Shown here: one piece after another, positions 29,707 to 38,947 of the stretch | How positions within the stretch are numbered: the stretch's first letter is position 1 | Layout of the letters: each line of letters begins with the position of its first letter | IMG/VR virus record: IMGVR_UViG_638276466_000001 | Span: 495-64,494 of that record | DNA: 64,000 nucleotides | Strand: one strand, 5' to 3' | From: a virus | Taxonomy: Duplodnaviria > Caudoviricetes | The notes under the pieces: model-generated | Told to the model about the DNA's origin: nothing | The model's input: only the letters and a program-made list of their open reading frames with translations | Database searches by the model: none | Translations under genes and position numbers: made by a program

Positions 29707-30690
29707 ATGGCATTCATCCAAAAGCAGGGCTACTGGAAATCCGAGAATGGCTGGCGCATGTGTGACACAGCCGAATTGGACTACACGGCTGTGCCGGGGA
29801 CCAGCTTCAAGCTCGGCGTTCGCAAGGGCTCGCCCAACATCATTCTCAAGGCACTGATCTGGCGTCTTGACAAGATCGAACCCATGATCACGTCGCAAAT
29901 CGGTTGCTACACAGCCGAAAACTCGATGGCGAACAGCAACCACAACTCTGCGACGGCGATCGACTACAACTGGAACAAGCACCCCTACCAGAAATGGGGG
30001 ACATGGCCGAATCGTGCGGCCGTCGATAAGATCGTCGACGATTTCCGCGGAATCATCGAGTTCGGCGGTGACTGGACCTCGCCGCGTGACGAGATGCACT
30101 TTGAGCTGCACTTCGCCGAGGGGCATGCTGGCACCGAGGCTCTCGCCAAGGATTTGGCCAATGGCCTATGGGGTATCTGGAAGCCCGGAGCAGCCCCAGC
30201 CCCCACCCCCGCGCCTGGCGGAGGGAACGACGGCATTCTGCGGATCGGCTCCGAGGGGCCGGAGGTGCTCAAGATGCAGCGCGGTATGAACTCTGTGTTC
30301 AAGAATTACCGCGCCATGCCGCTGTTGGAAGACGGCATCTTCGGGGCCAAGACCAAGGAAGCTGTCGTCGAGTTCCAGCAGCGTTCACTCATTGATGTGG
30401 ACGGTGAAGTTGGCCCGCAGACCAAGGCGAAACTCGCCGAGTACGGCATCGTGCTGACCGGAGCGACTGCTCCGACCGCTCCGCCAGCCATCGTGCCGCA
30501 GAAGGTCTGGCCTCAGACCGCCAGTGACCGTGAGCTTCTGGAGTACATTGCGGCGCAGCTCGGGCCTGGCGACCCGTCGTGGCCGATCAAGCTCGGCAAC
30601 AACGAGAAGGGCGATCCGCTCACGGTTCGCGATCGACTTGGCTTGACGGCCAAGGACATTGAAGAGATCAAGGGAAGGCTGTCGCAGTGA
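29707..30690 (+). CDS. lysA: endolysin, Lysin A (M15-type Zn peptidase plus peptidoglycan-binding domain)
   Basis: SNHNSATAID, GGDW..DEMHFE; DGIFGAKT..FQ..VDGEVGPQT. Confidence 0.9.
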   Translation: MAFIQKQGYWKSENGWRMCDTAELDYTAVPGTSFKLGVRKGSPNIILKALIWRLDKIEPMITSQIGCYTAENSMANSNHNSATAIDYNWNKHPYQKWGTWPNRAAVDKIVDDFRGIIEFGGDWTSPRDEMHFELHFAEGHAGTEALAKDLANGLWGIWKPGAAPAPTPAPGGGNDGILRIGSEGPEVLKMQRGMNSVFKNYRAMPLLEDGIFGAKTKEAVVEFQQRSLIDVDGEVGPQTKAKLAEYGIVLTGATAPTAPPAIVPQKVWPQTASDRELLEYIAAQLGPGDPSWPIKLGNNEKGDPLTVRDRLGLTAKDIEEIKGRLSQ

Positions 30691-30941
30691 AGAATCTGTC
30701 GAATTACTGGAAGGCTGGCATTGCGCTGGTAGGTACGGCTGGCACAGCCGTGGCTACCCTCGCAGCCGACGAGAATGTTCGCACCGCCGTGGGGGAATCG
30801 GGTGTCACCTGGCTGGCTGTTGCCGGTGTCGCCCTCACGACCGCGCTGACCTGGCTCAAGCGCAACGAGCCCACGGTCACTGAAGCAGAAGAGATCCTGC
30901 GCCGTGCAAAGGAACGCGCATCCTCGTCCCCCTCTGCATAG
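30687..30941 (+). CDS. holin
   Basis: 84 aa, two hydrophobic helices, overlaps lysA stop. Confidence 0.75.
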   Translation: MKNLSNYWKAGIALVGTAGTAVATLAADENVRTAVGESGVTWLAVAGVALTTALTWLKRNEPTVTEAEEILRRAKERASSSPSA

Positions 30942-30960
30942 GAGGCTGGGCGCAGTGGCT

Positions 30961-31212
30961 ATGGTGCTGGTACTCGTATTGACCTGTGTGTCGTGTCCGC
31001 AGGCTGAGAGCTCAGCCGACGGCAGTGACCGGCACCATAGCCAGCTGTGCAGGGATGAGGAATACGCCAAAAAGCATGCAGTCGAGTGTGGCCGGGTGCA
31101 GAGTGGCCCCATATCAATCACGCCTCCGACTGGCGGACACGGTGGGGGAGCTCCGCGCCGAGGTTTGATCGGGAGGATCCTGGACAAAGTAGGGCTGGGA
31201 GGGCTCCTCTGA
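30961..31212 (+). CDS. small secreted/membrane protein
   Basis: Hydrophobic N-terminus, Cys pair; in lysis cassette. Confidence 0.5.
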   Translation: MVLVLVLTCVSCPQAESSADGSDRHHSQLCRDEEYAKKHAVECGRVQSGPISITPPTGGHGGGAPRRGLIGRILDKVGLGGLL

Positions 31213-31751
31213 TGTTCCGTCCAACAGACTCTCGACGCTTGCGCAGCATATTCCGCAAGCCTCGTCGGATTGACCACGGCAGAATGTACGTGTCGTGTAT
31301 GATGGGGCTCTGGGTGTGGTCTCTGTCATTGCTGGTGATCGGACCTGTTCCGAACTCAACCATCGACGAGCTCACAGACTATGTCCAAAACATCCTTGCT
31401 TCATGTATTTTCATCGGCTCGTTCGTGTGTCTGTGCGGCATCGCCATCGGCACTAAGTACGTCCTCCCCAAAGCGGATATCCGCTTGTGCTACCGCTTCT
31501 CGTTGTGGGGAATTCCCGCCTTGGCGGGGAGCGTCGGAACGTACGCATGGGCCATCGCCCACAATACTGGCTCATTTTGGGTATCGGCGTATGCAGCTTC
31601 TATCGGAACATTCATATGCCTCGGAATCGTCTGGAATGGGCTAGATTTGCTCTTCGAGATTGCTCGACTGAATGAGGAGATCAATTACCTCAAATACGGT
31701 GCGGGCTCTGAAGAGCGGCTAGAGGACAGGGACGATGAACGGAAATGTTGA
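31212..31751 (+). CDS. multi-pass membrane protein (about 4 TM)
   Basis: TGATG coupling; four hydrophobic segments. Confidence 0.7.
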   Translation: MFRPTDSRRLRSIFRKPRRIDHGRMYVSCMMGLWVWSLSLLVIGPVPNSTIDELTDYVQNILASCIFIGSFVCLCGIAIGTKYVLPKADIRLCYRFSLWGIPALAGSVGTYAWAIAHNTGSFWVSAYAASIGTFICLGIVWNGLDLLFEIARLNEEINYLKYGAGSEERLEDRDDERKC

Positions 31752-32190
31752 TGTTGGCTGGATCCTCACATTCCTGGCCATCGTGTCTGCTAGCGGGCCA
31801 GTGCTTTCCGTTGTCCTTGACTATCGCAGCCGCAAGCGTCAGGCAGAGGCAGAGGCGAACAACAAAGATGCCGATACCGGGATAAAGAAGGTTTCTGAGC
31901 AGGAACTTTCGCAACGCGTTCTGTCAATGAATGATGAGCGCTGGATCACGCGTGAGAAGCGCTGGCAGGAGCGCGAAGACGCTCTCGAGCGCGAAATTCA
32001 AGAGCTGCGAAAAGAGATGGATAATTTGCGCTCTGACATGAATGCCTATCTTGAATTCATCGCCAATGATGAGCAGTGGCATTTCTATGACCGGATGCAC
32101 CGCATCCAGAACGATCTCCCTGCGCCACAGGATCGGATCACATTCCAGCAGTTCATGGAGTCGCGCCGAGAGGCAGCGGGGAGGATGTAA
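31735..32190 (+). CDS. single-TM coiled-coil lysis-cassette protein
   Basis: N-terminal TM then heptad coiled coil. Confidence 0.7.
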   Translation: MNGNVDVGWILTFLAIVSASGPVLSVVLDYRSRKRQAEAEANNKDADTGIKKVSEQELSQRVLSMNDERWITREKRWQEREDALEREIQELRKEMDNLRSDMNAYLEFIANDEQWHFYDRMHRIQNDLPAPQDRITFQQFMESRREAAGRM

Positions 32191-32191
32191 C

Positions 32192-33451
32192 ATGGAACTC
32201 AAGGTTGGCTCAAGCGACGCGAACACTGATGGTGAGGTAACTCGCTGGCAGAACTGGGTAAAGCGGTATGCCGCAAGCTATTCCGACATCGTGGGCCCCA
32301 TCGATGGGTACTATGGCTACTCGGATGCCGACTTCACCCGTGAGCTACAGCGCCGTCTGGGGCTGCCGATCACCGGCGTGTTCGATGACGTGACAGCCCT
32401 ACATCCAAAGGTCAATTACCGCTGGAAGGGGCAAGGCGCTGGGCAACCAGCCGCACGCCGGAAGATCTGGTTCTACTCCAATCCCGGTTCGGGCGCAAAC
32501 GAATTCGTCGGTCCATCGTTCGAGGTCGGCGAGTTCTGCAAGAACGTCCTGAAGATCAACCACCAGCCGGTGCATTCGGCCATTGGCGGATATCTCGGAC
32601 TGATGGGCGGCGACCCCAAGTTCAGCTACAACGACGTCATCTATGACCAGTACAAGTCGCTGGAATGGTTGCTGGACAACAATCCTGACATCAAGGACCC
32701 AGACGTCGAGTTCTGGTTCTCGGGCTACTCGCAGAAGGCCGACGGCCTCGAAGACGCACTCGAGATCTTGTTCGGCGATGGGGGATTCACCATCCCCAAG
32801 ACTGGCGAAACCGTGGGTCCGGGTAAGTACCGGCACCTGCGGCCAAGAATCAACGGCACCATACAGTTTGGCAATCCCAGCAAGCAACCCGGCCCCACGC
32901 GCGTCGGGAATCGCCCACCCGGAAGCGGCATCTCCCGCAAGAAGCGGCCGCAGTGGCTCACCATGATGACGTGGGATATCGTCACCACTTCCCCAGGGGC
33001 ACCGGACTTTTACGCTGCCTGCGACGATGACATCCGACCGTTGTTCTACGAGTGGTTCATCAAGGCCGACACCGAACTGCCCTTCGTGGTGTACACGGCG
33101 CAGATCATCATCCCGGCGCTCCTGAATCTTCTGGCTCCATTCTTGGGAGGCTTCGGAGGGGTGACGAGCCCGCTGGCTGGCGGGATTCTGGCGAGCGCTA
33201 CCGGCTTGCCGATGAACCTGCTCCACGGCCTGCTCAGCGGGGTGGCAGCAGCCGACAATGCTCCGAACCCCAAGCTCATCGAACTCCTCAGCGTGCGTGG
33301 TGTTCTGACGAACATCCCGCAGCTCATCAAGCTGCTGACCAACATCTCCGGCGTCCAGACGCACGGCGAATACCACCTTCCGAAGCCAGAGTTCAACGGC
33401 CGCAGCGGAATCCAGGTCGGCTGCGACATCGTTGCGGGCTTCCGGCGATAA
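32192..33451 (+). CDS. lysB: Lysin B (mycolyl-arabinogalactan esterase, cutinase-like)
   Basis: N-terminal PG-binding-like DGYYG..D; GYSQ nucleophile elbow; FGNP, DFYA, HGEY. Confidence 0.85.
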   Translation: MELKVGSSDANTDGEVTRWQNWVKRYAASYSDIVGPIDGYYGYSDADFTRELQRRLGLPITGVFDDVTALHPKVNYRWKGQGAGQPAARRKIWFYSNPGSGANEFVGPSFEVGEFCKNVLKINHQPVHSAIGGYLGLMGGDPKFSYNDVIYDQYKSLEWLLDNNPDIKDPDVEFWFSGYSQKADGLEDALEILFGDGGFTIPKTGETVGPGKYRHLRPRINGTIQFGNPSKQPGPTRVGNRPPGSGISRKKRPQWLTMMTWDIVTTSPGAPDFYAACDDDIRPLFYEWFIKADTELPFVVYTAQIIIPALLNLLAPFLGGFGGVTSPLAGGILASATGLPMNLLHGLLSGVAAADNAPNPKLIELLSVRGVLTNIPQLIKLLTNISGVQTHGEYHLPKPEFNGRSGIQVGCDIVAGFRR

Positions 33452-33460
33452 GGAACACTC

Positions 33461-34042
33461 ATGGAACGCGTGACAGTTTACCAAGACAGCAACAACGAAT
33501 GGCGCTGGCGGTTCAAAGCCAGCAATGGCCGGGTGATGGCTGACAGCGGCGAGGGTTACCAGAACAAGCAGGACGCCCTCACAGCGATCGATGCTGTGTT
33601 TGGCGGGCTTCCGCCAGAGGTGGTGGATGAGGCTGGCGAGCAGCTCCGGGTAGTGCCGAACGACCCAGCGCTCGAGGCCGCGCTGACGCTCTTGACGCTG
33701 ATGACAGGGGACGACTGGGACCGCCCGAAGCTCGTGAAGTGCTCAGCGAGCTTGCGCCAGCACGCTTGCGCAACGCTCGTGAAGCAAGGTGTTGGCGTCG
33801 CAGAAGCAGAGGCTATCGTGGGCGAGCGGTGGGCCGAATACGGGAGCCCCGAACCAGCTGAGCATACGCCTGTAGCTGCAACGGCCGATCGCTCGGCAGA
33901 AGCCAACGTAGCACCCAAAATGGATCTGTCTCCGGGAACGCCTCCCACCGGCGAGGAGCTTCGGCTCAAGGCGCGCAGCCGTATCGACAGATGGCGCAAA
34001 GAAAGAGCCGGAGCCCCTGAGGACTCCGGCTCCGATACTTAG
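33461..34042 (+). CDS. YegP/DUF1508-like domain protein
   Basis: EWRWRFKASNGRVMADSGEGY N-terminus. Confidence 0.75.
   Translation: MERVTVYQDSNNEWRWRFKASNGRVMADSGEGYQNKQDALTAIDAVFGGLPPEVVDEAGEQLRVVPNDPALEAALTLLTLMTGDDWDRPKLVKCSASLRQHACATLVKQGVGVAEAEAIVGERWAEYGSPEPAEHTPVAATADRSAEANVAPKMDLSPGTPPTGEELRLKARSRIDRWRKERAGAPEDSGSDT
33998..34032 (-). terminator. intrinsic terminator for the leftward operon (possibly bidirectional)
   Basis: GAGCCGGAG/CTCCGGCTC stem followed on the minus strand by TTTCTTT; at convergent gene junction. Confidence 0.7.
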
Positions 34043-34047
34043 CCAGA

Positions 34048-34929
34048 CTAGATTTCCAGCGCGGGCTGCTCGTCCTCCTTCTTGGAGTCCTTGAGCTCCT
34101 TGCGAGCTGCCTTGACGGTGAACTTGAAGGCTTCGCCGAACTCGCGATTTCCGCAGACCGGGCCGATGCCCAGGTAGACGCTCAGCTCGTCGGTCAACGT
34201 ACGGGTGCAGACGCAGCAGCTTCCGTAGATTGCGCCGAACTCCTTCATCTCCTCGTAGCTCATCCGCTGCTCGGCGGTCAGGCCTCGGAGCGGACGCTTG
34301 CCCTCGTACTCGAAGTGAGCGGTGAAGACGGTGCCAGCAGTCTCGTCGTGGCGGTTTTCCTCGACGACCAAGCGCTTGGCGACCTGGTGGCCGCGCTGGG
34401 TTTTGTAGACCTTGTAGATGGTACCGTCGGCGACGCGGTACATGCCATCCTCCAGTTCGTCGGTGGCAGGCTTCGCCTTCTCGGCGACCGGGGTGATGTG
34501 GGTTCCCTGGATTTCGACCGTCTCACCAGCCATCTCGGTGGTCCCGATGACCGGATCTGCGCCCTTGATGGGCATGCTCTTCAGCCAATCGATCAGGTTG
34601 CTGGCATCCTTCGAGCTGAAGGGCTTGTAGCAGAACTCGTAGCCGTCCGATGCACCGTGGTTGTCGACGACGTACGCCAGCGCAGCGTTGACGCGTTCGC
34701 CGAGCAGGTCGCTACTCATGGCCTTCCTGATCTCATCCATGACATACGGGGTGCCGTCCACACCCTTGTCGTCGCGCTTGATGGCCCAGTCGATCATCAG
34801 GCGGATGGTCGACGCCCGAGAGACGGCCTTGTGGCGGTAGTCGCTACTCCACGCGCGCTGCTCGAGCAGGTCCTTGATCCAGTTGATCTGTTTGTTGGTC
34901 GCGGGCTTGACGGTCGCGGTCGCGTTCAT
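34048..34929 (-). CDS. hypothetical protein with C-terminal zinc-ribbon (DUF6011-like)
   Basis: CCVCTRTLTDELS..GIGPVC; AGAAGGGAATC RBS. Confidence 0.8.
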   Translation of the reverse strand: MNATATVKPATNKQINWIKDLLEQRAWSSDYRHKAVSRASTIRLMIDWAIKRDDKGVDGTPYVMDEIRKAMSSDLLGERVNAALAYVVDNHGASDGYEFCYKPFSSKDASNLIDWLKSMPIKGADPVIGTTEMAGETVEIQGTHITPVAEKAKPATDELEDGMYRVADGTIYKVYKTQRGHQVAKRLVVEENRHDETAGTVFTAHFEYEGKRPLRGLTAEQRMSYEEMKEFGAIYGSCCVCTRTLTDELSVYLGIGPVCGNREFGEAFKFTVKAARKELKDSKKEDEQPALEI

Positions 34930-34986
34930 TTTGGATTCCCTTCTCCGGTGTCCGAGGCGCTTTGGGTAGCCTCGCTGACAAGACGA

Positions 34987-35015
34987 ACGTTACGGCAGAA
35001 ATTGCAGTTTCGCTA
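34987..35015 (-). promoter_or_regulatory. repeated phage promoter (TAGCGA-17-TAACGT)
   Basis: Member of a 6-copy family; upstream of the 34929 start. Confidence 0.6.
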
Positions 35016-35243
35016 CTCCTTCCAAAAGTCAGCGCTCACGGCGCGTGGATCCGGCTCACCTACCAGGACGAATCTGCTGCAGTTGCACAGAACGCCTTTC
35101 GGCGTCTCCCAGCAAGCCGCATGGCCGCCAGCGCGCGGCTGGTAGTGTGAGGACCACGGATGTCCGCAGGTGCACTGGTCTACGGCGTACCGGGTGATGC
35201 GGAGAAGCTGCATTCCCCGCATCACCCACTGCCAACGCTCCAT
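35013..35243 (-). CDS. small Cys/His zinc-binding protein
   Basis: CTCGHPWSSH..C..CNCSRF; TGATG coupling. Confidence 0.6.
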   Translation of the reverse strand: MERWQWVMRGMQLLRITRYAVDQCTCGHPWSSHYQPRAGGHAACWETPKGVLCNCSRFVLVGEPDPRAVSADFWKE

Positions 35244-35728
35244 CAGGCGATGGCCCGGATCAGGGCCAGCACCGCGCGGCGCATGTCGTTCTCCGGCATG
35301 CCCGTGATGACCGCGACGGACTTGCCGTCGCGGTTCACGACCCACTTGCGGCTGTCGTCTTCGCCGATTGCGAGAGCGTCTGCCACCTGGCGGTCGTCAC
35401 GGTATGCCGTCACGCTATCGCGCAGCGTACGGACGGTGAGATCGTCCTCATCGGTGTCATTGCCGGCCAACGCGGGAACGCTCAGCGCCTTCACGATGCT
35501 GTCCACCTTGTACATGAAGTTCAGGCTGTGGTCCGCGCTGCGGACTGCCCCGTCAACCACCTTGTCCAGGTAGTTGTAGCGGACCAGAACTTGCTCGACC
35601 TGCCCGCGCTCGAAGGTGATCGCACTGGCCACCGTTTTGTCGGCGATCACCTGCTCGCGGGACGTCCATCCGAACTTAGCGGCAACTTCGGCGATCTGCA
35701 TACGCTGGTTGACGTTGGTGATGGGCAT
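35243..35728 (-). CDS. hypothetical protein
   Basis: AGGAGG RBS, 161 aa. Confidence 0.75.
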   Translation of the reverse strand: MPITNVNQRMQIAEVAAKFGWTSREQVIADKTVASAITFERGQVEQVLVRYNYLDKVVDGAVRSADHSLNFMYKVDSIVKALSVPALAGNDTDEDDLTVRTLRDSVTAYRDDRQVADALAIGEDDSRKWVVNRDGKSVAVITGMPENDMRRAVLALIRAIA

Positions 35729-35765
35729 GAGGCCTCCTGGGCTCGTGGGGATGATTGCGCCCCGA

Positions 35766-35794
35766 ACGTTACGCCACCGCGCCGATTCGGGCTA
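35766..35794 (-). promoter_or_regulatory. repeated phage promoter (TAGCCC-GAATCGG..-TAACGT), leftward
   Basis: 17-nt spacer; divergent partner of 35846-35875. Confidence 0.65.
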
Positions 35795-35845
35795 CTGCCT
35801 TCTACATGCGTCGTCGTAGGGGTGGCAACAATATTCGGCCCGGAG

Positions 35846-35875
35846 TAGCGCGAATCGGGTCGGCTAGAGTAACGT
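35846..35875 (+). promoter_or_regulatory. repeated phage promoter (TAGCGC-GAATCGG..-TAACGT), rightward
   Basis: 18-nt spacer; heads right-arm operon. Confidence 0.65.
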
Positions 35876-35913
35876 TCCTCCTGTCCGCCTCCCCCACATC
35901 CCCAGGAGCCCCG

Positions 35914-36195
35914 ATGAGCATCACATTCCAGCCCGGTCAGCAGGTCGAGGTCTACTCCGGCGACAACGTGCTGCACCCCGAGACGCTGAAGCCTTTCTGG
36001 TATCGCATGGTCGTCACAGCCGGACCCTTCGAGCTGAATACCGGCCACGAGGGGTACCGCGTCCTCGGTCCGGGGAAGCCGGAGCCGTCATTCGACCAGT
36101 ATTGCAAGGCTGCGAATGGGATGCGTCCCGTCGCCGACGTCGATCCCGAGCTCGCTGCCCGGTACGACGCGTTCCGGAAGTGGGTCGGCAAGTGA
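35914..36195 (+). CDS. hypothetical protein
   Basis: AGGAG RBS; MSITFQPGQQVEV... Confidence 0.7.
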   Translation: MSITFQPGQQVEVYSGDNVLHPETLKPFWYRMVVTAGPFELNTGHEGYRVLGPGKPEPSFDQYCKAANGMRPVADVDPELAARYDAFRKWVGK

Positions 36196-36293
36196 TCCGG
36201 CTGGCACGCCGCGCAGGCTACTGGGTCTGCAAGCGGTGCTGGCAGGGCAACCTTGACGGAGAGAAGTGCCTGTTCTGCGGGAGGGCCAAGTGA
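36192..36293 (+). CDS. 33-aa RanBP2-type zinc finger peptide
   Basis: WVCKRCWQGN-x5-CLFCG; GTGA overlaps at both ends. Confidence 0.6.
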   Translation: MIRLARRAGYWVCKRCWQGNLDGEKCLFCGRAK

Positions 36294-36535
36294 GCGAGCT
36301 GTGCGCCCTCTGCGGGCACGAGTTCGAGGAGCACTACTCGCAGGGCGACTCGAACGGAAGGCTGGTGCAGGGTTGCGAGGCTGATACCAGCACGCCCTGC
36401 CCAGCCTACAACCACCGCGACCCGGAGCGTTGCGAGTGCGACTACGTTCCCTGCGACTGCCCCGGATTCGAGCGCGAACCCGGCACCGACCCCGACATCA
36501 CCGAAATCGACATGTACGACCCGGAAGGACGATGA
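36290..36535 (+). CDS. small Cys/His zinc-binding protein
   Basis: CALCGHEFEEH..C..CDCPGF; GGAGG RBS. Confidence 0.7.
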   Translation: MSELCALCGHEFEEHYSQGDSNGRLVQGCEADTSTPCPAYNHRDPERCECDYVPCDCPGFEREPGTDPDITEIDMYDPEGR

Positions 36536-36536
36536 A

Positions 36537-37646
36537 ATGGCCAAGGAAAGCATCATCAACCGAGTGCAGAAGCTGCTGAACCTCGCGATGGACCAGAGCG
36601 CCACCGAGGACGAGCGCAAGCTCGCCCAGGAACGCGCGGACGCGCTGATGGCGCAGCACATGATTGACCAGATGGACCTCAAGCCCGAGGACCCCAGTCG
36701 GTCGCGCGTCACCAGCACAAAGTGGGAGTTCTTCTTCGAGTTCGAGTTCGCAGCGCAGCTAAAGGACTTGCTCGCAGCCGTCGTCCGGCACGCTACCTGC
36801 CGTGCCACGAGCACGCGCAGGATCGCCAAGGTCGGCGAGCCCAACATGGTGGTGACCATTGTTGGTACGCCTGAGAACATCGCCTACGCCGAGCGCCTGT
36901 GGATGGTCGTTTTCACCGAGCTCACCAGGAACATGTTCCCGAAGGTGGACCCCAACGAGAGCTTCGACAGGAATGTGTACAACTTCGTGAAGGCTGGCTT
37001 CAAGTGGCAGGAGATCCATGAGCTGCTCTGGCGGCACAAGGACGATCCGCGTTGGATGGAATTCCCGTTGAACGACCCGTATCCGCCAGAGAAGCAGAGC
37101 GAATATAGCTGGCATGCCAAGGTGTATGGTGGCGACGGCGGACGTCTGAAGCGTGCCTACACTCGTGAGGTCAAGCGTCTCGGCGAAAGCAGCGCGCACC
37201 ACACCACGCGACATGGCGTGTACCGCCGGAGCTATGTGCAGAGCTACTCGAGCACAATCTCATTGCGGCTGCACGACATGCGGAGCAAGAGCGAGGACGC
37301 TGTGAGCGATCGCGACAAGTTCGCTCTGGCGGTGCGCAGCTCGCAGGACGAAGCCGACGCCGAGTTCTATCGGTTGTTCCCGCAGTTCGACCCGGAGAAC
37401 ATCCGCAAGCAGCGTGAGGAGATGCTCCGCCAGGAGCAGATCCGTTGGCAGAACATGACTCCCGAGGAGCGGGCTCGCGCGGAGAAGGAGCGCCTCAAGC
37501 GTGAAGAGCGCGCTCGCAAGCACTGGGAGAAGACGCGGGACAAGAGCTACGACCAGGCTGGCTGGGCGCGCGGCAGTGCTGTGGCCAAGAAGGTCAATCT
37601 CAACGATGACACGCAGATCCACCACAGCAAGAAGGAGATTGGGTGA
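36537..37646 (+). CDS. DUF2786-like domain protein
   Basis: RVQKLLNLA..ATEDE..A..LMAQH N-terminus. Confidence 0.75.
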   Translation: MAKESIINRVQKLLNLAMDQSATEDERKLAQERADALMAQHMIDQMDLKPEDPSRSRVTSTKWEFFFEFEFAAQLKDLLAAVVRHATCRATSTRRIAKVGEPNMVVTIVGTPENIAYAERLWMVVFTELTRNMFPKVDPNESFDRNVYNFVKAGFKWQEIHELLWRHKDDPRWMEFPLNDPYPPEKQSEYSWHAKVYGGDGGRLKRAYTREVKRLGESSAHHTTRHGVYRRSYVQSYSSTISLRLHDMRSKSEDAVSDRDKFALAVRSSQDEADAEFYRLFPQFDPENIRKQREEMLRQEQIRWQNMTPEERARAEKERLKREERARKHWEKTRDKSYDQAGWARGSAVAKKVNLNDDTQIHHSKKEIG

Positions 37647-37750
37647 TGTGGATTGACGACTGGCTCGAGGCAGCCTACGAGGAGCGCACCGAAGCTCCCG
37701 ACGATCTGGACAACGACGAGTGGTGGCTGGAGGACGATGGTGATGAGTGA
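37646..37750 (+). CDS. 34-aa highly acidic peptide
   Basis: AAGGAG RBS, TGATG coupling; MWIDDWLEAAYEERTEAPDDLDNDEWWLEDDGDE. Confidence 0.6.
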   Translation: MWIDDWLEAAYEERTEAPDDLDNDEWWLEDDGDE

Positions 37751-37919
37751 CCAAACGCTCAAGCTCGCAAGCGAACTCAACGAGGCAGTGATCGCCTTCC
37801 GGGACGGCTACGTCTACGGCAAGAGCCTCACCCGAGCTCTCGACAAGGCCATCCTCATGGCCAATGCGGCCGACCGGCTGAACGGCCATCTCCTCGAAGT
37901 CATCAACGATCAGCAGTAG
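37743..37919 (+). CDS. hypothetical protein (58 aa)
   Basis: GGAGG RBS; MSDQTLKLASELNEA... Confidence 0.6.
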   Translation: MSDQTLKLASELNEAVIAFRDGYVYGKSLTRALDKAILMANAADRLNGHLLEVINDQQ

Positions 37920-37982
37920 CAACACACCTGACCATCAGCAGCTAGGCTAAGCCTTACCTCGTCTCAGAAGGGAATCTGACAC

Positions 37983-38573
37983 ATGAGCAAGACCACCTCA
38001 GCCATCGCCACGGGCAAGACCGCTGCAGTCTCCGCCCTGGCGGAGAAGCACGGCTGGACGGCCGACACGAAGGAAGACATCAAGAACGACATCACCACCC
38101 TAAAGCTCACACGCGGCGATGAGTGGGTTGAGATCCGCTGGGACAGGAACTCCTGCAAGGAGATGCCGACAGTCTGCCACGAAGGGCAGCTCAGGTACGT
38201 CCGGAACGTTGCAGCTGCGAAGCGCGTCCTTGAGGCTACTGCCGAGCAGAACGCGGAGCCTTTCCAGAAGCGGGCTGTGGCCAAGCAGGCTGCGCGCAAA
38301 ACCGCGCCTGCCAAGCGGCCTCGCCGGAAGGACAAGCTCGTGGAGGCGCTCCCCGACAGCGACGACCAGCAGATCAAGGAAGCCCTCCTCGGCCGGAAGA
38401 TCCTCTGGCGAAACAGCACGAGCGGCGAGTTTGAGGAGGATGTGGTGTTGGCCGGCAAGAATACGAATGGCCACTACTATGTGTCCCACGAGGGTGAGAA
38501 ACGCCAGATCAACTTCATCGGCGCATATGGTTTTCGAGCGGTGAAGATTTCTGCGATTGCGCAGGTCAGATAG
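37983..38573 (+). CDS. hypothetical protein
   Basis: AGAAGGGAATC RBS; 196 aa. Confidence 0.75.
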   Translation: MSKTTSAIATGKTAAVSALAEKHGWTADTKEDIKNDITTLKLTRGDEWVEIRWDRNSCKEMPTVCHEGQLRYVRNVAAAKRVLEATAEQNAEPFQKRAVAKQAARKTAPAKRPRRKDKLVEALPDSDDQQIKEALLGRKILWRNSTSGEFEEDVVLAGKNTNGHYYVSHEGEKRQINFIGAYGFRAVKISAIAQVR

Positions 38574-38583
38574 GCAAAACGAG

Positions 38584-38613
38584 TAGCCCGAATCGGGTCG
38601 AATAAGGTACGAT
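38584..38613 (+). promoter_or_regulatory. repeated phage promoter (TAGCCC-GAATCGG..-TACGAT)
   Basis: 18-nt spacer, intergenic. Confidence 0.65.
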
Positions 38614-38650
38614 TGTCTTATCCAATCGGAAGCAAGAAGGGAATCTCAAA

Positions 38651-38890
38651 ATGGACGTTCGTACCCTCACCTCCAGGGATCGCAAGGTTGCCGCCCAGCT
38701 GGCCCAGCTGGCCTCTGACGACCAGCTGACCTACCGGATAGCCGAAGGTGCTCGTCGGGCCAAGATCGGCCGTACCGTGTGGTACGAGATGGCTGCAACT
38801 CGTGTGTCTGACGGTAGGCAGTACCCCTATTGGCTTGCCAAAGACTCGGGTAGCTTCCGTGGCTCATTCCTGGACGGCTTCGACCTGTAG
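38651..38890 (+). CDS. hypothetical protein
   Basis: AGAAGGGAATC RBS; 79 aa. Confidence 0.7.
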   Translation: MDVRTLTSRDRKVAAQLAQLASDDQLTYRIAEGARRAKIGRTVWYEMAATRVSDGRQYPYWLAKDSGSFRGSFLDGFDL

Positions 38891-38919
38891 TAGCGCGAAT
38901 CGGGCCGATGGGGTAACGT
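38891..38919 (+). promoter_or_regulatory. repeated phage promoter (TAGCGC-GAATCGG..-TAACGT)
   Basis: 17-nt spacer, intergenic. Confidence 0.65.
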
Positions 38920-38947
38920 TCGGTCTGTCAACGAGGAAGGGAATCCA

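Noticed and set aside
34048-35875. Leftward operon as a lysogeny/immunity module
   Set aside because: No integrase, repressor HTH or attP-like feature recognised.
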